A DNA stretch of 64,000 nucleotides from contig CANPWU010000002.1 in the NCBI GenBank assembly GCA_947584805.1, positions 10,421-74,420 on the forward strand. The letters are read 5' to 3'. Source of the stretch: an uncultured Clostridia bacterium. Lineage in GTDB: Bacteria > Bacillota > Clostridia > TANB77 > CAG-508. The notes beneath the pieces are model-generated. The model searched no databases, was not told where the DNA came from, and worked only from the letters and a program-made list of their open reading frames with translations. Positions 1 to 11,677 of this stretch are shown one piece after another; position 1 is the stretch's first letter, and each line of letters begins with the position of its first letter. The translations under genes and the position numbers were made by a program.

Positions 1-460
1 GTTTGCAACAACTATTCCCGGAGACATAAAAGCAATTAATTTATCTGAAATTCAGAGTGGGCTTACTGTGCAAAAGGGAGCATTCCTTTGTGCAGAACCA
101 GGAGTAGAAATGAGCGTTAAATTTTCAAAAACATTTTCAGCTGGACTTTTTGGTGGTGAGGGATTTATTCTTCAAGAGGCAAAAGGCAAGGGAATGTTAT
201 TCCTAGAAATTGATGGAGATCCAATAGAAAGAGAACTTGCTCCAGGAGAAGTATTAAAAGTTGATACAGGTAATGTTGTTGCATTTGAAAATACGGTATC
301 ATATGAAATAGAAACAGTAAAAGGTATAGGAAATATTTTTTTAGGAGGAGAAGGCTTATTTCTAACAAGACTTGTAGGGCCAGGAAAAGTTATTCTACAA
401 TCTCAAAACTTTAATGATTTTGCAGGAAGAATTATATCATTAGTTCCAAAACAAAGATAA
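1..460 (+). CDS. AIM24/TIGR00266-family protein (5' end outside window)
   Basis: Track ORF 68..460 stays open in the same frame back to base 2 (FATTIPGDIKAINLSEIQSGL...). CGG at 19-21 is out of frame (CCC GGA) and causes no break. A hairpin terminator follows. Confidence 0.55.
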   Translation, partial: FATTIPGDIKAINLSEIQSGLTVQKGAFLCAEPGVEMSVKFSKTFSAGLFGGEGFILQEAKGKGMLFLEIDGDPIERELAPGEVLKVDTGNVVAFENTVSYEIETVKGIGNIFLGGEGLFLTRLVGPGKVILQSQNFNDFAGRIISLVPKQR

Positions 461-470
461 ATAAATAGAT

Positions 471-500
471 AAGACGGCAAATCATGCCGTCTTATATTTA
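471..500 (+). terminator. intrinsic terminator hairpin
   Basis: AAGACGGCA-aatca-TGCCGTCTT followed by a T-rich tract, just after the stop at 460. Confidence 0.6.
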
Positions 501-595
501 TGTTTAATTTTTCTAATTTTCTATCTTGATTTTTTTATCCCTCTGATATAAAATAAAATAACAAATAAATATACTAAAAACGGAGGCAATAAATC

Positions 596-3500
596 ATGAC
601 AAATGAAACAAAAACAGTTAAAGAAGTATTTAAAGATTATGATACACAAGGGAAAATTCAAAATGCAGAAATAGTAAATGTAAGTATGTTTAAAAAGTCG
701 AATAAATTAGTAATAGATTTAAAATCTAGTGCAAAGATCGGTGTGGGAGAAAAACTCGAGTTCGAATATTATTTAAAATCAAAATTTAGAGTTCAAGAAG
801 TTCAAATTAATATTGAAGAAATTTCAAAGAAAACGGCTGATTCTAAAAAAAATTTAGATAAGCAGGTAGAAGATGATTCACCATTTATTATAGGTAATAA
901 AAAAGCAAAGATTTCTGATAAAATAATCAAAGTTAAGGATGTAAATTTAGATAGTGGAAAAGTTACAATTTGTGGAAAAGTTATAAAACAAGAATTAAAA
1001 GAGCTTAAAACTGGTAACTTTCTTCTTATGATAAATGTTTTTGATGGTACGTCTACAATAACTTGCAAATCTTTTTTAAATCCAGATGAAAAAGATTTAG
1101 TACTTTCCAGATTATCAAAAGTCCCAAGAGTAACAGTTGCAGGAGATGCACAGTTTGATCCTTATGCAAAAGAAGTAATAATTATGGCAAGAAATGTTTT
1201 AGAGGCGTCTGCTAAAACTGAGAATACAAGGAAAGATAATAGTGAAGTAAAAAGAGTCGAACTTCACATGCATACTCAGATGAGTCAAATGGATGGAGTA
1301 ACTCCAGTAGAAGACCTTATTAATAGAGCAAGAAGTTGGGGAATGAAAGCAATTGCTGTAACAGATCATGGAGTTGTGCAGTCTTTCCCAAAGGCAAATC
1401 ATGTTGTAGAAGATAATAATGGGGATATAAAAGTTATATATGGAGTAGAAGCATATCTTGTACCAGATGGACAAACTGTTGTATATGGAGGAAAGAATCA
1501 AGATTTAGATACAGAATATTGCGTTTTAGATATAGAGACTACAGGATTATCTTATAGAAGAGAAAAAATTACAGAACTTGGCGCAATTAAAATTAAAAAT
1601 GGAGAAATTATTGATACATTTGAATGTTTTGTAAACCCAGAAAAACCAATTCCATATGATGTAATAAGTGTTACGCATATAACGGATGATATGGTAAGAG
1701 ATGCTGAAACAATAGATAAAGTATTACCAAAATTTATAGAATTTGCAGGAGATAGTGTACTTGTCGCACATAATGCAAATTTTGATATAGGATTTTTAAT
1801 ACACTTTGCAGAAGAGCAAGGACTTCGTTTAGATAATACATATATAGATACTTTGGCATTAGCAAGAGATATGTTCCCTGATTATAAGAAATTTAAACTA
1901 GGAATTATTGCAGAAAATTTAGGGATTAGAGTAGATGTAGCACATAGAGCATTAGATGATGTTAAAACCTTAGTTAAGGTTTTTGAAGTCATGCTTAAAA
2001 ACTTAAAAGAGAAAAATGTAAAAACTGTTAATGAAATTGAGAGTGTATATAGTGACAAAATTGATTTAAAGCATTTGCCTACATATCACGCAATAATTCT
2101 TACTAAAAATTATGTTGGACTTAAAAATTTATATAAACTTATATCATTTTCTCATCTAGATTATTTTTATAAAAAACCTAAAATTCCGAGAAGTTTATAT
2201 AAAAAGTATTGTGAAGGTTTAATGATAGGAAGTGCATGTGACCAGGGAGAACTTTATCAATCAATTTTAGAAGGCTTACCAGAAGAAAAAATAGAAGAGA
2301 TTGCGTCTTTCTATGATTACTTAGAAATACAACCACTTGGCAATAACGAATATTTAATAAGAAATGGTACAGTGGAAAATAGAGATGGCTTAATTGAAAT
2401 AAATAAAAAAATTGTAGCACTTCGGAGAAAAACTAAATAAACCTGTTGTTGCAACATGCGATGTACATTTTATGGATCCAGAAGATGAAATATATAGAAG
2501 AATATTAATGGCAGGTCAAAAATATGACGATGCAGATGAGCAAGCACCACTTTATTTGCGTACAACAGAAGAAATGCTTCACGAATTTGGATACCTTGGA
2601 AGGGAAAAAGCATATGAAGTTGTTGTAACTAATACTAACTTAATTGCAGATATGTGTGAACCTATTAGCCCTATTTCTAAGCTAAAGTGTACTCCATATA
2701 TTGAAGGTTGCGAAAAAACAATTGAAGATATTGCAATGAATAAGGCAAAGGAATTATATGGAGATCCACTTCCAGAAATTGTAGAAGTAAGGCTAAAGAA
2801 AGAACTAGATTCTATTATAAAAAATGGATTCTCTGTTATGTATATTATTGCTCAAAAACTGGTTTGGAAATCTAATGAAGATGGATATTTGGTAGGATCA
2901 AGAGGATCAGTAGGATCTTCTCTAGTTGCATACATGACAGGAATTACGGAAGTAAATGCACTAAAGCCTCATTATAGATGTCCTAAATGTAAATATTCAG
3001 ATTTTTCAGATCATGGAGTTAAAAATGGGTTTGACTTACCAGATGCTATATGTCCAAAATGCGGTGAAAAACTTGTGAAAGATGGAGTTGATATACCGTT
3101 TGAAACTTTCTTAGGATTTAATGGAGACAAGGAACCTGATATAGACTTAAACTTTTCTGGAGAATATCAATTAAAAGCGCATAAATATGCTGAAGTAATT
3201 TTAGGAAAGGGAACTACTTTTAAAGCAGGAACAATTGGTACAATTGCAGAAAAAACTGCATTTGGATATGTTAAAAATTATTTTGAAGAAAGAAATATAC
3301 ATGTAAGTTCAGCAGAAATAGAGAGACTTGCAAAGGGATGTACTGGTGTAAAAAGAACAACAGGACAGCATCCAGGAGGAGTTATTGTTGTTCCAACAGG
3401 TCATGAAATATATGAATTTTGCCCTGTTCAACACCCAGCAGATGATCCAGATTCAGATATTGTAACAACACACTTTGATTATCACTCAATTGATAAAAAT

Positions 3501-4569
3501 TTACTTAAATTTGATATGTTGGGGCATGATGATCCAACAGTTATTAGAATGTTACAAGATTTGACAGGAATAGATCCAAAAACTATACCGCTTGATGATA
3601 AAGAAACTATGGCAATATTCTCTTCAACTCAGTCTTTAGGCGTAACTCCAGAACAAATAGATTCTAAAGTTGGAACTTTTGGAGTCCCAGAATTTGGTAC
3701 AAGGTTTGTTAGAGAAATGTTAATTGAAACTCTTCCAAAAACATTCGAAGAATTAGTCAGAATATCTGGACTATCTCATGGAACTGATGTATGGACAAAT
3801 AATGCACAGGAACTAGTTAAAGCAGGAACTGCAAGTCTATCAGAAGCAATTTGTACGAGAGACGATATAATGATATATTTAATAAATAAAGGGTTACCTG
3901 CTCAAAATTCATTTAAAATAATGGAGTGCGTTCGTAAAGGAAAAGGATTAACTGAAGAACAAGAAACTCTTATGAGGGAAAATAATGTGCCTGAATGGTA
4001 TATAGACTCATGTAAAAAGATTAAATATATGTTCCCTAAGGCACATGCGGTTGCATATGTTACTATGGCATTCCGTATTGCTTGGTTTAAAGTTCACATG
4101 CCACTTGCATATTATGCAGCATATTTTTCAATTAGGGCAGATGAATTTGATAGTGAAATAATGATAGCTCGGTAAAAGCAAAGTAAGAGAAAAGATGGCC
4201 GAAATTAAAAGACTTGGAAATGAAGCCTCTAAAAAAGATGAAAATATGTATCCGATATTAGAAATAGTTTTAGAAATGTATGAGAGGGGCTTTAACTTCT
4301 TACCAATCGATTTATATAAATCAGATGCAATAAAATTTAAAATAGAAGATGGAGCAATTAGACCACCGCTTAACAGCATTGCTGGAATGGGAGGAATTGC
4401 TGCAATGGGAATACAAGAAGCAAGAGAAAAAGGAGAATTTATATCTAAGCAAGATATAAAAAAACGTGCAAAAGTAGGAGATGCAACAATAGCTCTTCTA
4501 GAAAAATTTGGCTGTCTAGAGGGAATGAGCGAGACAAACCAATTAAGCTTATTCGATAGTATGATGTAA
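596..4569 (+). CDS. polC: DNA polymerase III PolC-type; needs two CGGN (+1) events
   Basis: GGAGG RBS precedes the ATG. Track ORFs 596..2440, 2472..4175 and 4195..4569 join into one PolC-length protein when CGGA (2423) and CGGT (4170) are read as Gly. The joined sequences read ...[27 protein letters not shown]... and ...[21 protein letters not shown].... PHP, exonuclease (DIETTG) and zinc-finger (CPKC...CPKC) segments are visible. Confidence 0.92.
2423..2426 (+). other. CGGA recoding site (read as Gly) in polC
   Basis: GCA CTT CGGA GAA AAA = A L G E K. Confidence 0.85.
4170..4173 (+). other. CGGT recoding site (Gly) in polC
   Basis: ATA GCT CGGT AAA AGC = I A G K S. Confidence 0.85.
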
Positions 4570-4583
4570 AAGGAGAAATTTTT

Positions 4584-4884
4584 ATGAGTTTTAATACATT
4601 TATAGAAATATTTGGATTAAAAAATATAATAATATATCTAGTTGCTATAAATATAATTGGTTTTTTTGCAATGCTAATTGATAAACAGAAAGCAAAGAGA
4701 GGCTCATGGAGAATTCCAGAAAAATCACTATTTTTAATCACGGCCCTTGGAGGTGGAGTACGGAACAATAGCAGGTATGTATCTTTTTAGACACAAAACT
4801 CGAAAGATATACTTTACAGTTGGATTCCCTGTAATTTTAATCTCTGAAATTGCACTTGTTATTTATTGGATAGTGAGAGGGTAA
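4584..4884 (+). CDS. DUF1294-family small membrane protein; one CGGN event
   Basis: Track ORF 4584..4790 continues after CGGA (4761) as ...ALGGGV-G-TIAGMYLFRHKTRKIYFTVGFPVILISEIALVIYWIVRG*. The DKQKAKRGSWRIPE and FRHKTRK motifs are typical of DUF1294. Confidence 0.7.
4761..4764 (+). other. CGGA recoding site (Gly) in DUF1294 gene
   Basis: GGA GTA CGGA ACA ATA = G V G T I. Confidence 0.75.
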
Positions 4885-4911
4885 TTTTTAATTAAATATA
4901 GTCAAAAAAGC

Positions 4912-4957
4912 AAACTGAACTAAACTTTGATATAAAGCTTGGTTCAGTTTATTTTTG
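4912..4957 (+). terminator. hairpin terminator
   Basis: AAACTGAAC...GTTCAGTTT followed by ATTTTT. Confidence 0.5.
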
Positions 4958-5069
4958 CGAACAAAAGAACAATGCACATAATGTATTTAAAAATAAAATA
5001 AATAATTCACATAAATGAAAGTTTTATATAAACTTAATAAAATATTAAACTTTAAATGCCCAAAAATAC

Positions 5070-5112
5070 TTATTCACAAAGTTATCCACATTTTGCACTT
5101 TTGTGTGGAAAA
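5070..5112. promoter_or_regulatory. cluster of three DnaA-box-like 9-mers
   Basis: TTATTCACA (5070-5078), TTATCCACA (5082-5090) and inverted TTTTCCACA (5104-5112). The first two fit TTATNCACA exactly and the third has one mismatch. Confidence 0.4.
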
Positions 5113-5273
5113 AATTAAATTGTAAACTAAAAAATGACAAAATATTTTACATAAAACACAAAACAGTAACACTTTTGAAAAAGATATGTAATATTATTGT
5201 AATAAAAGGGCTTTTTCTGAAAAATATTTGTAATACTTTTAAATCGTAATGAAAGGGGTTAAAAGCTAACAAT

Positions 5274-5621
5274 ATGAAAATTGAAAATTTGATAAAGAAA
5301 ATTATAAAAAAGACTAGAAATCAAAAAATTACAGTAAATATAGATTATGAAATGCTACAAAAACTTTTAAAAAATAATAGTAATGTATTTTTAATAGATG
5401 TAAGGAGCTCTCAAGAATTTGCAGAAGATAGGTTAAATTCTTCTATAAATATACCATTATATGAATTAGAAAATAAAGCAAGTACTTTTTTGCCTGACAA
5501 AAATGCTACAGTTATTTTGTATTGCCAAAGTGGTGTAAGAAGCAAGAAAGCTTGCAAGATTCTTGAAAATCTTGGCTATACAAATTTATATAATTTAGTA
5601 GGAGGAATAAATAATATTTAA
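5274..5621 (+). CDS. rhodanese-domain sulfurtransferase
   Basis: 115 aa. The active-site loop reads YCQSGVRSKKA, and the layout ...IDVRS..EF...INIP... is typical of single-domain rhodanese. Confidence 0.75.
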   Translation: MKIENLIKKIIKKTRNQKITVNIDYEMLQKLLKNNSNVFLIDVRSSQEFAEDRLNSSINIPLYELENKASTFLPDKNATVILYCQSGVRSKKACKILENLGYTNLYNLVGGINNI

Positions 5622-5732
5622 TTTTTTGTAAATTCTATGGACTTTTTATACAAATTATTATAAAATTGATAAAGTAAATAAAGCTACTTAATTGCAAGTA
5701 GCTTTATAAAAGCTTAACCTTTAGGAGGATTA

Positions 5733-6746
5733 ATGGGAAAAAAGAAAAAGAGAAAAATAAATAAAAGGAAATTGTTATCTAGAATTTTTCTTATAGTAAT
5801 CTTAATAACAGCATTAGTTGTTATAATAAAAATTGTATCAAATAAAACGGAAGAAAAGGTAGGTATAACTGTAATTGTAAATAATGAAGATATAACTAAT
5901 AGTTTAATTAACAAACCATATATAACTAAAGCAAATGATATATATTTATCAATAGAAGATATAAGAAATATTTTTGATAAAAATATTATTTATGAAGAAA
6001 AAACAGGAAAAATATTGACTACTTCTGAAACTAAAACTGCTGCAATTGAGGTAAATGGAACTAATATTCAGATTAATGGAGCCAACATTTTACAAAAAAG
6101 TCATATTCTAGAATATGGAAATACTTTTTATATACCAATTTCAGAAATATCAAATATATATAATATAGAATCCTTTATAACACAAGATACTGCTGTTATA
6201 AATTCTCTATATAAAGAACTTATAACAATAAAAACAACTAAAAAGACTAAATTAAAAAAAGGTACCGGATTTTTTGATGATACGATCAAAAAAATTAATG
6301 AAGACACAGAACTAATTTATGTACAAGAATTAGAGGATGGAAAATGGGTAAAGGTTATAACTTATGAGGGGGACATTGGATATATAAAGAACAAAAATGT
6401 AACTGAAAAGGTATATAAAAGAACTAATATGAAAGATGAAAATTTTTCAGACAATTTAGGAGATATTTCAAATTCGATAGAAATTAATAAGACTAAAATC
6501 AAAACGGAAAATATAGAGAGTTTTGATGCAAGAAGAAATGTTATAGAAGAAATAATATCAAATGTTATTTCTAAAGAAAAGTTTACAGTAAATATAAATT
6601 TAGATGGAGTTAGTGTAGAAGAGAGCCTGTTAAAACGATTTATATTAGAACTTTTACCAAGACTTAGAGAAATAGGAGGAAAAGCTATTATAACAAATAA
6701 TACCATTTTAGGTACGGACTTTTTATTAGAAAATAATTTAAGTTAA
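5733..6746 (+). CDS. membrane-anchored hypothetical protein
   Basis: 337-aa ORF with an N-terminal Lys-rich segment and a TM helix. GGAGG RBS. Function not recognised. Confidence 0.45.
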   Translation: MGKKKKRKINKRKLLSRIFLIVILITALVVIIKIVSNKTEEKVGITVIVNNEDITNSLINKPYITKANDIYLSIEDIRNIFDKNIIYEEKTGKILTTSETKTAAIEVNGTNIQINGANILQKSHILEYGNTFYIPISEISNIYNIESFITQDTAVINSLYKELITIKTTKKTKLKKGTGFFDDTIKKINEDTELIYVQELEDGKWVKVITYEGDIGYIKNKNVTEKVYKRTNMKDENFSDNLGDISNSIEINKTKIKTENIESFDARRNVIEEIISNVISKEKFTVNINLDGVSVEESLLKRFILELLPRLREIGGKAIITNNTILGTDFLLENNLS

Positions 6747-6764
6747 TTATAGAAGGAGAGAAAA

Positions 6765-7890
6765 ATGGAAAAAGAAAAAAAGGAAAATAAGCATTCAGAA
6801 GACACAAAAAAACATGGAGCATTTGGAAAAATTTTATTAATATTTATATTTTTAATAATAATACTCGCAATTTCAGCTGTTTTGTGGTATAATATATCTT
6901 TATCTGGAACAGGGACAAGTGATGAAGGAGTTAGTTTAGAAATACCGCTTGGGTCTGGTAGTAGTACAATAGCTAAGCTTTTAAAAGAAAATGATTTAAT
7001 TAAAAGTGAAGCTGCTTTTAAATTATATGTAAAATTAAATAATGTTTCTAATTTTCAAGCAGGAAATTATACTCTTACAAAAGATATGAAAGTTCCTGAA
7101 ATTATTGAAAATCTTCAAAATGGAATTCTATTTAAAAATACAAGTTATAACATAACTTTTGTTGAAGGAAAAACTTTTACATATGTTGCTAAAACAATTG
7201 CAGAAAAAACTAATAATACTGAACAAGATGTATATGATTTGTTAGAAAACGAGGAATATATAAATAGTCTTATTGATAAATATTGGTTTATTACAGATGA
7301 TATAAAAAACCAAAATATTTATTATGCACTTGAAGGGTATTTATTCCCTGATACATATAGCTTTGATGAAAAAGATGTAAGCCCAAAAGAAATTTTTGAG
7401 ACAATGTTAAATCAAATGGAAAAAGTGTTGGAACCATATAAAGAAAATATTCAAAATAGTAAATATACTGTACATGAAATATTATCTTTAGCATCTGTAA
7501 TTGAAACAGAAGCCATATTTGATAAAGATAGAAAAGATGTAGCGAGTGTATTCTATAATAGATTGAATGCTAATATGTCACTTGGATCAGACGTTACAAC
7601 ATATTATGCTTGTAAAATAGAAATGGGTTCAAGAGATTTATATACAAAAGATATAAATACATATAACCCATATAATACACGTGGACCAAATATGGAAGGA
7701 AAATTACCAGTCCGGACCAATTGCAATGCCATCTAAAGAATCAATTGAGGCTGCAATTTATCCAAATGATACGGATTACTTATATTTTGTTGCAGATAAC
7801 AAAGGAAACATATATTTTACAAGAACTTATGAAGAACATCAAAAAGCTATAGATAATATAAAAAGCAATGGTGGTTGGATAGAATTTTAA
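6765..7890 (+). CDS. mltG: endolytic murein transglycosylase MltG/YceG; one CGGN event
   Basis: ORFs 6765..7736 and 7681..7890 join at CGGA (7713) to give ...YNTRGPNMEGKLPV-G-PIAMPSKESIEAAIYP..., the conserved YceG 'LPPGPI' region. Confidence 0.85.
7713..7716 (+). other. CGGA recoding site (Gly) in mltG
   Basis: CCA GTC CGGA CCA ATT = P V G P I. Confidence 0.85.
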
Positions 7891-7919
7891 AATAAGATAA
7901 TGAAGGGAAGGATTTCATA

Positions 7920-9688
7920 ATGAACGAATACAGGACACATAACTGTGGAGAACTTAGAAAAGAAGATATAGGAAAAAAAGTAAAAATTGCAGGTTGGGTA
8001 CAAACTGTAAGAAACCTTGGAGGACTTGTTTTTGTTGATTTAAGAGATCAATATGGACTTACACAAGCTGTTACTTCAGGTGAAAGCGAGCTTGTAGATA
8101 TTGTGTCACATATTCCTAATGAATCTACAGTTTCTATTGAAGGAACAGTTAGACACAGAGGAGAAGGTATAGTAAATGAAAGTATGGCAACTGGAGAAAT
8201 TGAAGTTGTAATAGAAAAAGTAGAAATTTTAGGCAAAAGAACAAAACCATTGCCATTTGAAGTAAATTCAGATATGGATGTAAAAGAGGACTTAAGGCTT
8301 CAATATAGATTTTTAGATTTAAGAAACGAAAAGCTAAAAGAAAATATATTGTTAAGGGCTAAAGTAATCCAATTTTTAAGACAGCAAATGATTAATAAAG
8401 GATTTACAGAAGTACAAACTCCAATACTTACAAGCTCTTCTCCAGAAGGAGCTCGTGATTATTTAGTTCCAAGTAGAGTACATCCTCGGTAAATTTTATG
8501 CTTTACCTCAAGCACCACAACAATTTAAGCAACTTTTAATGGTATCTGGAATTGATAAATATTTCCAAATTGCACCTTGCTTTAGAGATGAAGATGCAAG
8601 AGCTGATAGAGCACCTGGAGAGTTCTATCAATTAGATATGGAGATGGCTTTTGCAACTCAAGAAGATGTTTTTGAGGTTATGGAAAAGGTTATGTATGAT
8701 ACATTTACAACTTTTTCAAAGAAAAAAGTTGCAGAATATCCATTCCCAAGAATAACATATAGAGATGCTATGCTTAAATATGGCTCAGATAAACCAGATT
8801 TAAGAAATCCTCTTATTATTCAAGATGCAACAGAAATATTTAAAAATACAGAATTTAACGCATTTAAGAATAAAACTATAAGAGTAATTTGCGTACCAGA
8901 TGTTTCATCAGAAACTCGTAGATTTTTCGATGAAATGGTAAGCTTTGCAACTGAAAGTGCAGGAGCAAAAGGACTTGCTTGGATTAAAGTATTAGAAGGA
9001 GAAACTTTACAAGGTTCTATTGCTAAATTTATAGATGAGGACACTAAGAAAAAATTACTAGAATTAACTAATGCAAAAGTAAATAGTGCAATATTCTTTA
9101 TTGCAGATGCAGAAAATAGTGTATCAAAAATTGCAGGAGAAATCAGAAAAGAATTAGGAAGAAGATTAAATTTAATTGACGAAAATATTTTCAAATTCTG
9201 TTGGATAATAGATTTCCCTATGTATGAATTATCAGATGAAGGGAAAATTGATTTTTGCCATAATCCATTTTCTATGCCACAAGGTGGACTAGAAGCATTA
9301 GAAACAAAAGAACCTTTAGATATTTTGGCATACCAATATGACATTGTATGTAATGGAATTGAGCTATCTTCAGGAGCAGTTAGAAATCATGATACAGAGC
9401 TTATGGTTAAAGCTTTTGAAATAGCAGGATATACAAAAGCTGATATTGAGGAAAAGTTTAGAGCGTTATTTAATGCTTTCCAATATGGAGCTCCACCACA
9501 TGCAGGAATTGCACCAGGTGTTGATAGAATGCTTATGCTTTTAACAGATGAAATAAATATAAGATCTGTAATTGCATTTCCTATGAATAGTAAGGCTCAA
9601 GATCTTCTTATGGGTTCTCCTCGGAAGAGTTACAGAAGAACAATTAAGGGATGTTCATATAAAACTTGATATAAAAGAAAAAGAATAA
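7920..9688 (+). CDS. aspS: aspartate--tRNA ligase; two CGGN events
   Basis: ORFs 7920..8492 and 8539..9669 join at CGGT (8487), giving [26 protein letters not shown] (class II motif 1 region). The C-terminus is restored at CGGA (9622) as LMGSP-G-RVTEEQLRDVHIKLDIKEKE*. Confidence 0.92.
8487..8490 (+). other. CGGT recoding site (Gly) in aspS
   Basis: CAT CCT CGGT AAA TTT = H P G K F. Confidence 0.9.
9622..9625 (+). other. CGGA recoding site (Gly) in aspS
   Basis: TCT CCT CGGA AGA GTT = S P G R V. Confidence 0.8.
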
Positions 9689-9745
9689 TAATTTATATAC
9701 ACCTGAATATAATGTTAAAAAACATTAATATTTAGGTGATATATT

Positions 9746-10498
9746 TTGAAAACATTATACATAACTGAAAAAAGAAAGCTGACAAGCAGAAGAATTAAGA
9801 AAATTGCAAAGAAGGCATATAAAAAAGCTCGAAAGGAAGAATGCACAGTTATTCTTTCAAAGGCAATAGAAAAAAATGAAGAACTAATTGATGCACTGTT
9901 AGAATATAACCTTATAATTTTAGATGGGAGATGGCTTTTAAAGCTACTATTGATAGATATTTTAGAATACTTTGCAAATTTAGAAAAACAAGATATAGAA
10001 ACTTTTAATGTCGCAATTCTAACAGATAGTTTAGATGAAATAATATTATCTCAAATTGTTCAAATTGCAAATCTTGTAAAAACTTTAAAAATAGTTACAA
10101 ATAAGACAAGTAGATTTTTATCAATAGAAAAGAGGCTTTATGAAGAACTTGGAATTGCAATACAAATTACAAATAACAAAGACAAGGCAATTACAGCATC
10201 AGATTTAATATTTAATATCGATTTTTCTAAGAGTAAGCTTAAAGACTATAAAATTTCAAATGATGCAATTATTGTAAATATAGTATATGAAATAAAAGAT
10301 AATTTTGAAAATTTTAATGGAACAATTATAAATAATTATGATGTATCGTATAATGAAGAAATTTTTGAAGAACTTAAAGAAAAGTCAGACTTTGATGTTA
10401 ATTGCTTGTACGAAAGTTATATATATAGAAAAGATAGATATGCTAATCTAAAGATGCAGTTAATTAATGATGGAGTAAAAATCATAAGGCTATATTAG
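9746..10498 (+). CDS. hypothetical protein
   Basis: 250-aa ORF with a TTG start and native AT-rich composition. No family recognised. Confidence 0.4.
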   Translation: MKTLYITEKRKLTSRRIKKIAKKAYKKARKEECTVILSKAIEKNEELIDALLEYNLIILDGRWLLKLLLIDILEYFANLEKQDIETFNVAILTDSLDEIILSQIVQIANLVKTLKIVTNKTSRFLSIEKRLYEELGIAIQITNNKDKAITASDLIFNIDFSKSKLKDYKISNDAIIVNIVYEIKDNFENFNGTIINNYDVSYNEEIFEELKEKSDFDVNCLYESYIYRKDRYANLKMQLINDGVKIIRLY

Positions 10499-10529
10499 AT
10501 CAATAAAATAATAGTTTTTTCAAAAATTC

Positions 10530-10558
10530 TTGACAAACTAAAAATTATGGCGTAATAT
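10530..10558 (+). promoter_or_regulatory. sigma-A-type promoter upstream of greA
   Basis: TTGACA, 17-nt spacer, TAATAT. Confidence 0.5.
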
Positions 10559-10609
10559 AATAATTAATTATTTTAGAAATATAGCACCTATATGAAAGGA
10601 ATGATATTT

Positions 10610-11092
10610 ATGGAAAATAAAGAAATACTTTTAACACAAGAGGGATATGACAATATTGAAAAGGAATTAGAATATTTAAAAACAGAAAAAAGAACAGAAA
10701 TTGCAGAAAGAATAAAAGTAGCTTTAGGTTTTGGAGATTTATCAGAAAACTCTGAATATGATGAAGCAAAAAATGCACAAGCACAAAATGAAATTAAGAT
10801 TGCAGATCTTGAAAATAAATTAAGATATGCAAAGATTATAAATGAAGCAGAAATAGATACAAAGACAGTTCAAGTAGGAAACACTGTAAAGATTAGAGAC
10901 TTAGAATTTGATGAGGATTTTGAATATACTATTGTTGGTTCAACAGAAGTTGATCTATCACAAAATAAAATATCAAATGAATCACCAATAGGTCTTGCAT
11001 TACTTGGTGCTAAAAAGGATCAAATTGTAGAGGTAAAGATTCCAGATGGAATTGCAAAGTATAAAGTTTTAGGAATTACAATTGCAAAATAA
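10610..11092 (+). CDS. greA: transcription elongation factor GreA
   Basis: MENKEILLTQEGYDNIEKELEYLK...SENSEYDEAKNAQAQNE...SNESPIGLALLGAKKDQIV is typical GreA. The track ORF starts at 10592; I prefer the ATG at 10610. Confidence 0.88.
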   Translation: MENKEILLTQEGYDNIEKELEYLKTEKRTEIAERIKVALGFGDLSENSEYDEAKNAQAQNEIKIADLENKLRYAKIINEAEIDTKTVQVGNTVKIRDLEFDEDFEYTIVGSTEVDLSQNKISNESPIGLALLGAKKDQIVEVKIPDGIAKYKVLGITIAK

Positions 11093-11103
11093 ATATAATG
11101 TGC

Positions 11104-11133
11104 AAAAGAGGTCGCATTTGCGACCTCTTTTGG
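11104..11133. terminator. bidirectional GC-rich hairpin terminator
   Basis: AAAGAGGTCGC-attt-GCGACCTCTTT lies between convergent greA and ORF 11139..11597. Confidence 0.7.
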
Positions 11134-11138
11134 CGTGT

Positions 11139-11597
11139 TTAGGTATTCTCATCGGACTTTTTGTGGTTTTCAAGATAATCTCGCTTTGCCTGATTGATGT
11201 CAAATTCCAACTCTTCGCAGTAAGGAATATGGATTGAGATAGAATCATTGGGACGCTCTTTATCCATTATTCGCAACTGCTTTTTGTCGAATTTTTCAGC
11301 AACTATAGTTTCAAGGTTGAATTTGTAGTAATTGGTGGGACCGTTGTTAATATTAACATCAATATGGCATTTCCCATCGGGGGTGAAAGAAACATAGCAG
11401 AGGAAATCATCTTGCATCCAGCTGGGTAACCAAACGATAGTATAAAAATTAAGTATTATTAAGATTAAACAGATGTCTGATAAAAGCTTCCAATCGAAAG
11501 CCATGGATAATGTCCTGAGTGTAAAGAGTATAATTGCTACTATTAATGAGACCAATAGAGCTGTGCGCTTGACTTTCCGGGTGTACTGCTTATACAT
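11139..11597 (-). CDS. hypothetical two-TM membrane protein; compositionally atypical cassette using CGG as Arg
   Basis: GGAGG RBS 7 nt upstream of the ATG at 11597 (MYKQYTRKVKRTALL...). In-frame CGG at 11579-11577 is read as Arg in an ORF that continues 140+ codons. Visibly higher G+C than its neighbours. Confidence 0.5.
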   Translation of the reverse strand: MYKQYTRKVKRTALLVSLIVAIILFTLRTLSMAFDWKLLSDICLILIILNFYTIVWLPSWMQDDFLCYVSFTPDGKCHIDVNINNGPTNYYKFNLETIVAEKFDKKQLRIMDKERPNDSISIHIPYCEELEFDINQAKRDYLENHKKSDENT

Positions 11598-11648
11598 GAG
11601 ATTTACCTCCTCAAAATTAGAGCTTTTAGCTCTTTTTTTCATACTTAT

Positions 11649-11677
11649 ATTATACCAAAATTTAGGGCAAAAGTCAA
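11649..11677 (-). promoter_or_regulatory. consensus sigma-A promoter for ORF 11139..11597
   Basis: On the minus strand: TTGACT, 17-nt spacer, TATAAT. Confidence 0.5.

Noticed and set aside
8820-9344. Long antisense ORFs in the track, for example 8820..9344(-), 19865..20311(-), 46452..46862(-), 39124..39471(-) and 58421..58747(+).
   Set aside because: They lie entirely opposite well-supported genes (aspS, pnp, guaA, rho, asd). They have low-complexity Ser/Ile/Phe-rich translations typical of shadow ORFs in AT-rich DNA, and they lack an RBS.
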